Shown here: positions 1-11,504 of the stretch, piece by piece | Numbering within the stretch: the first letter of the stretch is position 1 | How the letters are laid out: each line of letters begins with the position of its first letter | Source: Octopus sinensis | Lineage: Eukaryota | Assembly: GCF_006345805.1 (NCBI RefSeq) | Contig: NC_043006.1 | Coordinates: forward strand, 2,914,001 to 2,978,000 | DNA length: 64,000 nt | Direction of reading: 5' to 3' | Translations under genes and position numbers: made by a program | The notes under the pieces: generated by a model | What the model saw: the letters and a program-made list of their open reading frames with translations, nothing else | Database searches by the model: none | Told to the model about the DNA's origin: nothing

Positions 1-380
1 ATTTGTGCATTTTCCCCACGGATGTCCATGAGCAGCACTTGGAAGCTCGGTGGATTGGATGGTGCAGGACGGGCTGTTGCCGTCGAAGCAGACGAATCCA
101 AATATATTCAATAGAAATAACACCGAAGTGGCATGAAGGGCGTTGGGTGTTTCGTACAGTGGAAAGGGTTACAGGAAAATGCTGCCTGGTTGAGGTCTCC
201 GATCGCACACGAAACACTTTGCCCCCCCCCCTTATAAGGCATTGAATATCGCTGGGAAGATGTTTGATATCCGATGGGTGGTTTTCCTGTGTGGGTCCTA
301 GCAAGTTGTCGATTATTCATTGTATTTCGATAATCTTAGCGATGACGACGACATCCCATACAGAGAGACTACAGAAGGGC
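1..380 (+). mobile_element. Decayed Merlin-type (IS1595/ISXO2-like DDE) transposase fragment, truncated at window edge
   Basis: Frame 1 reads KLGGLDGAGRAVAVEADESKY, then two stops. After a frameshift, frame 3 reads WHEGRWVFRTVERVTGKCCLVEVSDRTRNTL...LISDGW. This matches the VE.DES / G.WVFG..ER.TG.C.LV.V.DR / ISDGW pattern of DDE_Tnp_IS1595 transposases. Confidence 0.72.
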
Positions 381-1039
381 GATAGATGTTCACCAAAAAG
401 AAACCCAAGTGACAATATCGGTGCTTCGTTTACATCATGTCTCTCCATGAGCATGTGTGGCGAAATAAATTTAGAAACGATGAGAAACTTATTCGTTAAT
501 CTCATTTTGGGCATCAATGACTGTTGTTTACATTGTTTACATTGATTATGTCACATACATTGTTTACATGAAATTATGCAGTCAATTTACTTCCGCTTTT
601 TATCAATTACTTTCACTATTTTAGAACAATAAACAGCATGTTAACCAATCTATCGACGCGTATTTAGTCTCGCTCTAAACTTAATCTCCCGAGCTTCTTT
701 TTGGCAGCTTGGGATGAAGATCAAACCGGCAGTTTTCACGGTTATTTAACAATACAATCAGGATTCGCTCAAAACAAGCGATTGTCATTAAAGAACTAAC
801 AACAGATAAATGTCTTTGTTTTGATTTAATATTTATAAATATTCGCCAAAGTTTCACAATGGGTGCCTCATACCTCACGGGAAACGGAAAAATTACGGAA
901 GTAGATAAGGGTGAGGGCAAATATTGTTTTTTAAAAACTGCAAGTTTTGCAAGCTTTTAAGAAATATATCTTCAGAGTTGTAATTTCCTTCGAATGGGAC
1001 ACAGGTATGTTTTGGGGCAGGAGAGAGAAAGAGAGAGAG

Positions 1040-1071
<32 letters not shown>

Positions 1072-1443
1072 TTCCCCATGACGTATGAGGTGCCTAATCC
1101 GAAACTTCAAATGTTCTACATTGTAGTGCTGAGATTGCTTTGTGTTGCTATTCCAAGTTTGGTGACTTTTTTGCTGATTACTCCAACGTTGTATGATTAA
1201 CGGAGGAATCGCGAAACTCGGAGTAGGATCAGAGAATAATCTTAACCATATTAAACGGTTATACTCAACTTCGGTATTGAGTGCCTTTTGCGTTTTGTGT
1301 GTAAATTCTTTTCCCGATTTTGGTTGTATACTCGAAGTAATTGTTGCTGAACTCTATTACTACACAGATGCACACACATGTGCGGTTGTGTAGTCTTAAG
1401 TTTTTGCATTTACATAGCATTTTAAATTCATATGCACACACAC

Positions 1444-1672
1444 GCGTATGGCTCAGTGGTTAGAGCGTCGGGCTCACAATCATGAGGTGGTGAGTTCGAT
1501 TCCCGGACCGGGCTATGTGTTGTATTCTTGAGCAAGTCACTTATTTCACATTGCTCCAATTCACTCATCTGTAGAAATGAGTTGCGACGTCGGTATGCAT
1601 GGGCGACTGCTGGTTTCCTATAAACAACCTTGCCCGGACTTTTGCCTTGGAGAGGTAATTCCATGGTCATTC
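1444..1672 (+). mobile_element. tRNA-derived SINE, family C (internally deleted)
   Basis: A-box TGGCTCAGTGG at 1449 and B-box GTTCGATTCC at 1494. The body matches the minus-strand copies at 5255-5441 and 24289-24610. Confidence 0.8.
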
Positions 1673-1687
1673 TTTACCTTATATATA

Positions 1688-1971
1688 TAGCTGTGGCTGT
1701 GTGGTAAGACGCTTGCTTCCCAACCACATGGCTCCGGGTTCAGTCCCACTGCATGGCACCTAGGGCAAGTGTCTTCTACTATAGCCTCGAGCTTGCCAAA
1801 GCCTTGTGAGTGGATTTGGTAAATGGAAACTGAAAGAAGTCCACCGTGTGTGTATTCGTGTTTGTCACCCACCACCGCTTAGCAACCGGTGTTCGTGTGT
1901 TTACGTCCCCGTAACTTAAAAAAAATTCTTCAAGATGGTATCCCAGCATGACAGCAGTCTAATAACTGAAA
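1688..1971 (+). mobile_element. SINE family A
   Basis: Head GTGGCTGTGTGGTAAG...GGTTCAGTCCCACTG and body GGCAAGTGTCTTCTACTATAGCC recur at about 10 positions in the window. Confidence 0.8.
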
Positions 1972-2244
1972 CACACACACACACACAAAATAATATATGC
2001 ACGATGGCTTCTTTCAGTTTCCGTCCACCAGGTCCACTCACAACACTTTGGTCGAACCGGGATTATAATTGAACATGCTTGCTGAAGGTGACACGCAGTG
2101 GAACTGAACTCAGAACCATTTTAGTTTGTTTTTTTTACTATGTTATATAATTACCGGGTACGGCATATACATTTTAACCCTTATTCAAACTTCAGTTGAA
2201 AAAAGAGTGAAACCGGAGGGTAGTTATTTTGAATTGTAAATATA

Positions 2245-2630
2245 TTCTTTTGCTTGTTTTAGTCATTTGACTGCGGCCATACTGGAGCACCGCCTTTAGT
2301 CGAACAAATCGATCCCAAGACTTATTCTTTGTAAGCCTAGTACTTATTCTATCAACCCTTTTTGCCGAACCGTTAAGTCAGGGGGCTAAACACACCAACA
2401 TCGGTTGCCAAGCGATGGTGGGGGGACAAACACAGACACACAAATATACATAAACACACACACACACAACGGTCTTCTTTCAGTTTACGTCTACTAAATC
2501 CACTTACAAGGCTTTGATCGGCCCGAGGCTATAGTAGAGGACACCTACCCAAGGTGCCACGCAGTGGAATTAAACCCGGAACTATGTGGTTGAGAAGCAA
2601 GCTTCTTACCACACAGCCACTCCTGCGCCT
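2245..2630 (-). mobile_element. SINE family A, near full length, CpG-rich
   Basis: Reverse complement of the copies at 31663, 39309 and 42888, with the internal CA/TG microsatellite. A further fragment lies at ~2005-2120. Confidence 0.85.
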
Positions 2631-3311
2631 ATATGCAAAATATTGTCAATAATCAACCTGTAACCTTTCATTAACCAAAACCTAAAAATTCTCTGGGTAA
2701 ATATTTATGCTGCAGCCGGTACACTTTAAATCTTGAAGATGTCGAAATGTTAATTACACGAGTACCCGGTGAAGCCATCTCAAAGAAAAGCGATAATAAG
2801 ACACCTTATCTGTCCCGAGGTGTGCATTGTTCGCTGATTAATTTTCAATATTGTGCTGAAGGGCGAGCGAGCTCAGTTTTCTCGTTTATGATTGGCATTA
2901 ATGTATGTCTGTGTCCGAGCGTTGCTAGGGTCTTATGTAAACCATTCTCTATTCTCTCCTGAGCAGAATGGAACACATTTCGAATGCATTCTTGCGTTTC
3001 ACCTTCAGCAATCCTCGTTTGTTCACAACTGGACTGTTGGTCATATGCTAAGTACCACCAATCTCAATGAATTACGTGTACACACACATACACACATACA
3101 TACATATATCAGTTGTATTGGAGGTACAGGTTCAAATTTTCAAAATTTGATGAAGAAACACATCTGGCAACGGGAATATGCGTCCCTCAATAATCACGGA
3201 TCGATGTGCGTTTGGTGTGTAAAAGGAAAGAGAGAACAACGCTTTGCAGCTTCTTTAGCGAATCCATTACTTGCAAGAGAAAGAATGTTATGGTAACGTT
3301 TGAAGGTTATT

Positions 3312-3440
3312 AAGGCTTCGGATGGCAGAACCAGTAGAATACCGGACATGAGGGTTTACATCCTTTTGCGTTCCGAGTTCAAATTCTCACCGGGATCAAC
3401 ATTACACTTCATCCGCCCAAACTCGATAAATTAGGGGTCA
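3312..3440 (+). mobile_element. SINE family D, decayed
   Basis: GGCAGAA...GAGTTCAAATTC...GATAAATT pattern shared with the copies at 8044 and 8266. Confidence 0.55.
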
Positions 3441-4254
3441 TCGTGTCTGTGTTGACAATCCGAATTATCATCGTTGATTAAATATTCGTGGTATCGGTCA
3501 TGGAGAAACCTCGTGCACCGAGGAAAAAACATTAAAATGACGTTCGTTCATTTAAGGATTCCTTTGCATAACAGAAGTATTACAAGGGGTTGGGGTGGGA
3601 GGCTTGCTTTCTGTATCCCCTTATTTCTGTTCGTATTTTGTTTAAGCAGTAAACGAAAACAAACAAACAAACAAACAAACAATCGCTACATTTCTAATCT
3701 GACCACCTAATATAGTATTATAGATGTACAAATGCCTGCGTTTGATAGATTCAATTAAATATTTTAGATAGAATTCTCAAACAATTTCCTTGGATCGATT
3801 TGTCTGACTCTCTTCAATAATAGATAAGTTAAGAGATCGAAGTGTTAACAAAGACCTTTAAGAAATAAATTCCATTTTCATTTGATTTTCTAAGTTTGTA
3901 CTACTTTAATATTTTTCTGCACAGATTTATAATCATCAATTAATGTCGGGTGGTCGAAAGATTCTCTTCCACAATTTATACCATTTTGCATTTTTGTCTC
4001 TTTCTCTGGTATTCCTCTGTCATTATTATTTCTAGAAACACTTCCATATTGCGGTCATAGGTTTATGGTTAACACAAATGACTTTGTAATCGTATGGTTC
4101 CCATTTGGATCCAAATGTACGGAACCTTTAGCATGTGTCTTGTACCTTAATCGTGAGCTGAATTTGTGCGAAGAATTTAGTTTATGGAAAGTTTGCAGGG
4201 GTCCGTCTCTCTCTCTCTCTCTCATACACACACTCACACATACACTTATAATGA

Positions 4255-4390
4255 AGGCGCAAAACCTAGTGGTTAAGATGTTCGGCTCATGACAATAAGA
4301 TTGTGTGTTCAGTTCCTGAATCGGGTGGTGGTTGTGTTTTGGGGTAAGGCATTTCAGCTTGCTCAAGTCTACTTAACTGAAAATGAGTAC
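4255..4390 (+). mobile_element. tRNA-like SINE head (family B-like), decayed
   Basis: TAGTGGTTAAGATGTTCGGCTCATGA...GTTCAGTTCC resembles the head of the copy at 39889. Confidence 0.45.
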
Positions 4391-5254
4391 TAGCCATTTG
4401 CTAGTACATATGTCTGTTTCACTCTCTCTCTATCCGGGTGTCACATTGTGGATGTTCCACTTGGTCAAGGGTTTTGGGGCTGAGAGGGTATTTACATCTG
4501 TTCGCTATTATATAGGAACCCAAAACAATCAGCAAAAGCATGGTACATGTTACCAAGTCATACTTCTTCACTACTGACGGTTGTATGTATGTGTGTGTGT
4601 GTGAATATATATTTGACGGTGTGTGTGTGTGTGTGTATCTTTTCCAGAAGTATATAGACGAAAGTTATACACAATAGAGAGAAGCGAAAAACTACTGATC
4701 TAAGGACAAACTCTCTTGGGATATTTGTTTTGCACCTAGTTACAAACACTCCCTTATATATTGCCGCCAGATGAGCAGCAGACCATTGATTGTCCCGTTA
4801 TAAATCGATAATTAATGACGCTACTGTTCCTCAAGAAAGGTCTTGGGTAAACCTATTTGTGTAAAATAAGAAATCGATTATCCAGAGTGTCAGAAGTTTT
4901 AATCTACGTGAAAATACCTGAGAATGGATTTCTTATGTCGAGGAATTTTATGAGCCCATAAATAGAAAAATATACTTTATTTTCCTGTTCTTTTCCAGTC
5001 CACTATGAAATTGCTTATGGTGTTGGTAAAAAAATGTATATTCTTTTCTGCTTAACCAAAAGAATATGCTCGCGAGCACAAGTAGTCGAAACTGGGCTCT
5101 TCCGAAAGGTCTCTGGAGTAAAGTGTATAGTTCAGAGACCAGAGAATCTCTCCAGATGGAACTTGTTACTTCTCCACATTGAGAAGTCACAGCTCCGGTA
5201 CTACAGATCGCAAGGCGGATTCTTCAAGCCGAGTCAACGAGCAGGAGACGTAGG

Positions 5255-5441
5255 GGCAGACCAAGAAAGGCCGATACAGCTTGGCACTAGTGACATCGCA
5301 ACTCATTTCTACAACGGAGTGAACTGGAGCAACATGAAATACAGTGCCTTGCTCAAGAACACAACACGCAGCCCAGTCCGGGAATCGAATTCACTACCTC
5401 ATGATCGTGAGCCCAACACCCTAACCACTGTGCTATGCGCC
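5255..5441 (-). mobile_element. SINE family C, 5' part
   Basis: Reverse complement of the 1444 copy (GGGAATCGAATTC B-box, CTAACCACTG A-box region). Confidence 0.75.
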
Positions 5442-6139
5442 TTAAGTGTGTTAAGACCATTATATAACCATCTCAGACCAATACTCAACTCATGATTCTG
5501 CACCTTGCAGCAATTGTCATTCCAATGTTGTCACCTTACATTGTCGAGTAACTCTGTTCTCTTGTTTCTCTTCTGCTATCTTGGCGCTGTTTTCTCTCTC
5601 TACCTCTTCTTGTTCGGTTGTAGCTTTATTATGCGTAGTAAGCAGGTCCGGCTGTTAATGCTAGATCTTTGGCGGTTTTTCAGCCAGAATTGATATATTT
5701 TACTTCTTCATGAAAACAACCTTGATTAATCTATCGCGTACAGCAGACGTTGACATCTGCATTTTATTATTAGGCAGGTGGAACTTTGTTGTTTCTGGGC
5801 CAACAATCTGATATCGCTGTTCATTAGTAGCGATTCTCATACTTTTCAAATTATTACCGTATGTTGTTATTGGTTAGTACCTATGTCTGCTACTAGTGAG
5901 ACAAGTTCAGGATTTATGGTGCTGCTGGTTGCGTTGCCGTTCTTTCACTTACTCCGCTTATGTCTTCGCTAGCGCAACGTTTTATCTTCCTTATCCCCTG
6001 ACTATTGTAGAGTCAGAGCTATCTAGAAGAAGAAGAAGAAGAAGAAGAAAGGAGTGAAAAACTTGGCCAGAGCCGGAGAGCTTGTCTCGTGGTAACCATT
6101 GCAGTATTCTGTATTCTAACACAGCATCCACTTATAACA

Positions 6140-6850
6140 TATTGGTTTCAGATCTTGGCACAAGGCCAGCAGTTTCTGGGGAAGGAGAAGGGTTAAGTCG
6201 TTTACATCGACCCCAGTGCTTTGCTGGTATTTATTTTATCGACCCCGAAATGATGAAAAGCAAAGTCGACTTCGGCGGAATTTGAACTCAGACCGTAAAG
6301 ACGGACGAAATGCCGCTAAGCATTCCCCCCCCCCCGCGTACTAACGATTCTGCCAGCTTACTACCTTGCCCATCAGTAATGTATTAGAATGAACTCACCA
6401 TAAACTTGTATTTATTCAGTACAAGTTATTGTGGGTGGTGGACTGGCAGAATCGTTTCAGTGTCGGGAAAATACCTCGTGGTCTTTGCTGGGGATTTTTA
6501 CATTCTGCTTTGATATCCCACCGCGGTCGACTTGCCTTTTATCCTACCACCATCGATTTAATAAACTACCCGTCGAGAACTTGGGTTGGTTTAATCGGCA
6601 TCATCCTCTCTTCAAAATTTGTTGGCCTTGTGTCGAAACCACATACTACTACTACTACTACTACTACTACTTCATAAAGCGGCGAACTAGTATTGTCGTA
6701 AGAACTGTAGTTGTCTCTGTTGCTACGTCTCTTTATGTTCTGAGTTCAAATCCTGTCGGTGTCAATTCTTTTGGGGTTTATATATTAATAATAATAGTGT
6801 ATGTATATATATATATATATATATATATACTGAGGTCGACTTAATTGATC
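6140..6850. mobile_element. Cluster of three family D SINEs (minus 6140-6360; plus ~6432-6640 and ~6675-6850)
   Basis: GTCGACTT and GAGTTCAAAT cores and the GGCCTTGTG tail recur in each copy. Confidence 0.65.
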
Positions 6851-7168
6851 ATACTCTTCCTATAAAATTGTTGCCGACTTCCAGTGTCAGAAATCAGCGT
6901 GGTCGCCGTTTGGGAGGTACGTTTTTCTTGCAGCTCGTCTTTTTGTAGGAGCTGCAGTCTTCGGTCCAACGAAAACCAAGATTGAGCGCCTGGCATTTGG
7001 AATGTTGTGATGTGCACTCGATATGAGCATTGCTGACTCGTAGAATTACGTTGAACAGTTGTTTGTCTCATGTAGGACGAATCTCGGTGATCATTCCTGT
7101 CCCTCATAAGGATCGCCCTGTTACCCTCATATAACCAAAAAGGACGGGTACATTTTCACTGTCTCGTG

Positions 7169-7428
7169 CAGTGCTGCTCAACCATTTTTTTTCTTTACTT
7201 CTAAACTCCTTTGATTCCTGTTTTACTCTACTGACCCCTCAGTTTTTTGGGGTTTGAAAAGTCCTATTATGTTTTTATAATTAAATATTATTAGGAATTG
7301 TTTAAGAAAAAAGTTGTTAGAATATTTTGTGTATTGTAGAAGTGTAATAAATTTATTGCACAAAAGACTCAACAACAACTCTTATATGGACCGCCAAGGG
7401 CCATATTGGCCCCGGTTGACAACCACTG
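7169..7428. mobile_element. hAT-type MITE
   Basis: Terminal inverted repeats CAGTGCTGCTCAACC (7169) and GGTTGACAACCACTG (7414-7428). The 8-bp flanks GTCTCGTG and GTCAAGTG match at 6/8, consistent with an aged hAT target-site duplication (TSD). Confidence 0.6.
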
Positions 7429-8043
7429 GTCAAGTGAATATGACACTAGCGAGTGAATGTTGACACATTTGAAAGGCTAAAGATAGACTTGTGCCTCTTC
7501 GGCCAAGACTCAAATTTACTGAAAAGTTGGTGAGAATGGCTCAGATGTGCCCACTGGTGCTTGCTATTCTTCGCCATGCAGCTTTAAAACCGAAGAATGC
7601 TGCTTGGAGGGGACACTTGCAATTTGTAGTCAGAGTAATCGTGGATATGTGCAGTTCTTTCAGCGGTGTTTTGTGACTGCCATCCCTTTCGGGAGGTCTC
7701 ATTCCAGCCCCTTTGTACCCTTTAGTTTTCTCCGTTAGTTTCTTTCCACAACCGATTCTGCAACCTTCACCTATTGTTTTTGTAATTTGTCCATGTAACG
7801 TCCACTCTTGTAGAAGAAATTGCCGCGTGGTATTGCTTTCGGTTCCTTTATATTCTAAGTTCGAATCGCACCGAGCTCAGCTTTGCCTTTCATCGCTCCG
7901 GAGTTGATAAAATAAAGTCCCAGTAAAGAGCTGGGGGGGGGGGGGGTCAGTGCAATCGAGTAGTCTATCTCTTTAAAAAAGGGAAAAGAAAAAAAGGAAA
8001 AGAAAATCGTTGGCTTTGTTTTTAAACTGGAGAAACTCTTTAG

Positions 8044-8490
8044 GAGGCGGCTAGCTAGCAGAATTGTTAGCACGCCGGAGAAAATGCTTAGCGACATTTC
8101 TTCCGGCTCTTTACGTTCTGAATTCAAATTTTGATGAGGTCGACATAACCTTTTATCCTTCGGAGTCGATGAATTAAGTACCAGTTGAACACTGGGTGCA
8201 ATGTAATCGAAATGGCTGGCCTTGGTGTCAGAATTTGAAACCAATATTACCAAACATGTCATAGTAAGGCAGTGGGCTGGCAGAATCGTTAGCAGACCGG
8301 GCAAAACACTATCCGACATTTCGTCCGTCTTTTCATTCTGAGTTCAAATTCCGCCGAGGCTGACTTTGTCTTTCATCGTTTTGAGATTGCTAAAATAAGT
8401 ACCAGTTGAGCACTGGGGTTCATGTAATCGACTTACCCGCCACCCCTGAAGTTGCTGGCCTTGTGCCCAAATTTTTAGCTAATATTATCA
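8044..8490 (+). mobile_element. Two head-to-tail family D SINEs (8044-8250, 8266-8490)
   Basis: Both carry GCAGAAT(T/C)GTTAGCA...TTCTGA(A/G)TTCAAATT...AAGTACCAGTTGA.CACTGGG...GCTGGCCTTG. Confidence 0.85.
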
Positions 8491-10904
8491 AACATGGTAT
8501 AATGAAATATTTGATAACGCTGATGAGATTGCAAAGAGTGTAAAGGAAGATGTGTTGATGGCGACATTTATGGTATATTAAAGCCGACCATCCGCGATGG
8601 CAAGGCTTCAGTATGTGATGTTCTGCCCAGTCAACTGTGATTACGGATGCCATCATCAACTAGGGTCATTCAGTCACATTAGGATCGATATTTGTGTTAA
8701 ACACTTTTTCTCTTGCTTCCAATTGTTTGTATCTTTGGAAATCAATTAAAAATTTGCACTCTCTCTCTCATAAACTAATGAAGCAGAAAGGCAGTAGCAT
8801 CTCCAGTTTTACTGTCAAGTTAAAAGCTCGGTAATTTTCTGATAATTTCGTTTCACTCGTTCGTCATCATTATCATCGATCAATCATTCAATTAGAGTAA
8901 TTATTTTGTTATGCATGGAGTCTGGTGGGTTTAAAAGAGAAGAAATAGGGAAATTGTGACATTCATGTCTTTTTCAAGAATTGGCAATTAATAGTTGTGA
9001 CGATGACAGAAATGGCCTTTCTCAATAATGACAATAAATAAATATTTGGTAATGGCATATCTTTCCCAGAGTTTTTTTTATTGTATACTTATATAATGAT
9101 TAAAGCCCCCCACCCGAAACTCACCCTTCATTTTTGTTTCATTGTAAGGTGGCCAGATTAAATGCACTCTAACAATTAAATTTCTTCCCTCTTGGTCCCG
9201 TGTCCAAATAGCAACAGTTTTCTTATTTGTGTCACTTGTGTTCTTTGTCGATGCAACAGACTCAGCCTCGTCTGTCAACAGTTGACCTTGTAAGACCATT
9301 TTTGCAAGACAAGATGGATCGAAAGTTGTATTGGTTCCTGGAAACATGAACAATAAAGGTAATGTCTATAGAATTGAAATAGCGAACTGTAAAACACTAG
9401 CCGGAATGGCGTATATAGCGTGGCTATGAATCGGTCTTGTCAACCAGGCATTTCTTATTTATAGATGAAGTCCAGACATGACGTTCGTATCGTTTCCGAG
9501 AGCGTGTGTTTCTTGGAATTATGTTAAAACCGCCAGGGTTGAGGAGTTGATTTTCCGAAAGCTAAGCGGAACCAGGACATACAGTGCCTTTCGGCCAACG
9601 ACATCAGTGTGTCCTGTTCTCCGTTTATTTATTTATTTATCTGTTACAACCATCACCCTCTTTACAAACTGAAAAATGCAGTGGAAAAATTATCATCATA
9701 CAAACGAGAAATTTATAGTATCCTGATCATACATGTGAGTAAATCTTTCTTTAGCGTAATTTGGAATGTTCCTTAGTCCCTAAAACCACCCTCTCCTTTC
9801 AACCCTGAGCCTTCTTTCTGTTCCGAGGGGAACTGCACCTGCTCTGTTTTGTTATTGAGTTTTAGTCGGATTAAGAAATTTTGCCTGAGTTTTTCAGAAT
9901 TTGAGCTATTTGGGTGCCTTCGGCGATCGTTTAGTTTGCCCAGAGCGTAGCCACATGGGTGTTCACTTACCACACGAAAAAAAACAACAACAACAACCAA
10001 ATAACAAACTCAAAAAAAGCAATAATACACTGCTTCGTTAATATTACTTAATCAGTTCCGACGTATTTCGAAATAACAAGAACAAAAAGAAAAAAAGAAT
10101 TTAATTCAGTCGAAGCTTCGCGGTGAAAACGTGTTTACATTTTAGACTCTGCATAACGAGCTTGAATACAAAAGTACTTTATATAAGAAAATAGGTATAT
10201 AAACCTTAGTGGGATCGAACCTGCGTAGACTCGTGTTTATAACGTCCACTTTACTATGTGATGTGTTATCAATAGGAGTACAGGTTCCCCGACATCGGCA
10301 TCTTTACACTGGCATCTATCGAATGTTGAGATTGTTTTGAGTAACAAGTACATGCGCAGTGGGTTAAGTCTGTGTTTTCATTCGATCATTGAACCCCCTT
10401 ACTTCACAACACAGGCGGTAGCCTGACACTCTGTCGTCTAACTGCTCCCCAAAATCTGCCATATCTATCCATCTGTCTATCTATCTGTCTGTCTCCTGCC
10501 TTCTTTCCTTTAGACAGGAAGGGAGGCAGAACCCATGACCCTATACAAAATCCTCCGTGACTAATAGGAGGGAGGTCGGAGGCTTAAGCCGAATGCTTGT
10601 AACACTCAAGCGGTGGTGTTAAATCGGGCGGCGAATTAAACCTACCACCTAATATATATATATGTATCTATATAAACATAGAAAGAGCGAAAGAGAGAGA
10701 GAGACTAATACACACACACAAGGCTATTAAATATTGTAGGTTAATCTTGAATGAATGGGGTAACAATGTGTGTTTACACTTTTAAACAAAGAGAAACGTA
10801 CTCACACGAAAATTGCACATCGAAGCATCAAAAGGGGATAAGTGAGGGCTCGAGTCCCACTGGCTACTCACATTCTTTTTAATATTTCTCTCATAAGAAT
10901 CGTT

Positions 10905-11100
10905 TAAGCGTCGGATAAAAAAATGGCCTTGTGGTATTTTAGCTACAGCTCTTCACGTTCAGAGTTCAAATTCCGCCGAGGTCAACTTCGCCTTTCACCT
11001 TTCTGGGGTCGATGAAATTAATGTATCAGTAAAGTATCGGGGTCGATTTATTGGACTGTTTACTTCCCCAAATTTGTGGTCCGTGTGTGTGTTAGAAATT
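10905..11100 (+). mobile_element. SINE family D
   Basis: GAGTTCAAATTCCGCCGAGGTCAACTTCGCCTTTCACC...GGGGTCGATGAAATT. Confidence 0.75.
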
Positions 11101-11451
11101 ATATCACTTTGTGTTAAATACGTAACGACATAAATTTATTTTTTTAAAAATCGCCATAAAATAAAAACTTTTTTTTCCTAACGGTTTTCAATAACGTAAG
11201 TGAAATGTAAATTTAGTCAACCAGGAAGCAAAACCGCATCGGTATGGCCAAAGCGCACGAACATCTCTTCTTACACAATAATGATTCATCATAGTTACGG
11301 TTGAAAGAATTGGTTAGAGGAAAGTTCATGTTTGGAGAGCATTAACTAAAGATGACGAAAGAAAATAGTTCCAAGCTGAAAGTGAAATCGGTTCGAAGAC
11401 GCGACCAGCCGGAGCCTACGCTCTGCTCTTCGAAGCTCCTCGCTAACAAAT

Positions 11452-11504
<53 letters not shown>

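Noticed and set aside
1444-1510. tRNA genes here and at 27560-27639
   Set aside because: A and B boxes are present, but they run into repeated SINE bodies and I could not build a full cloverleaf with an acceptor stem.
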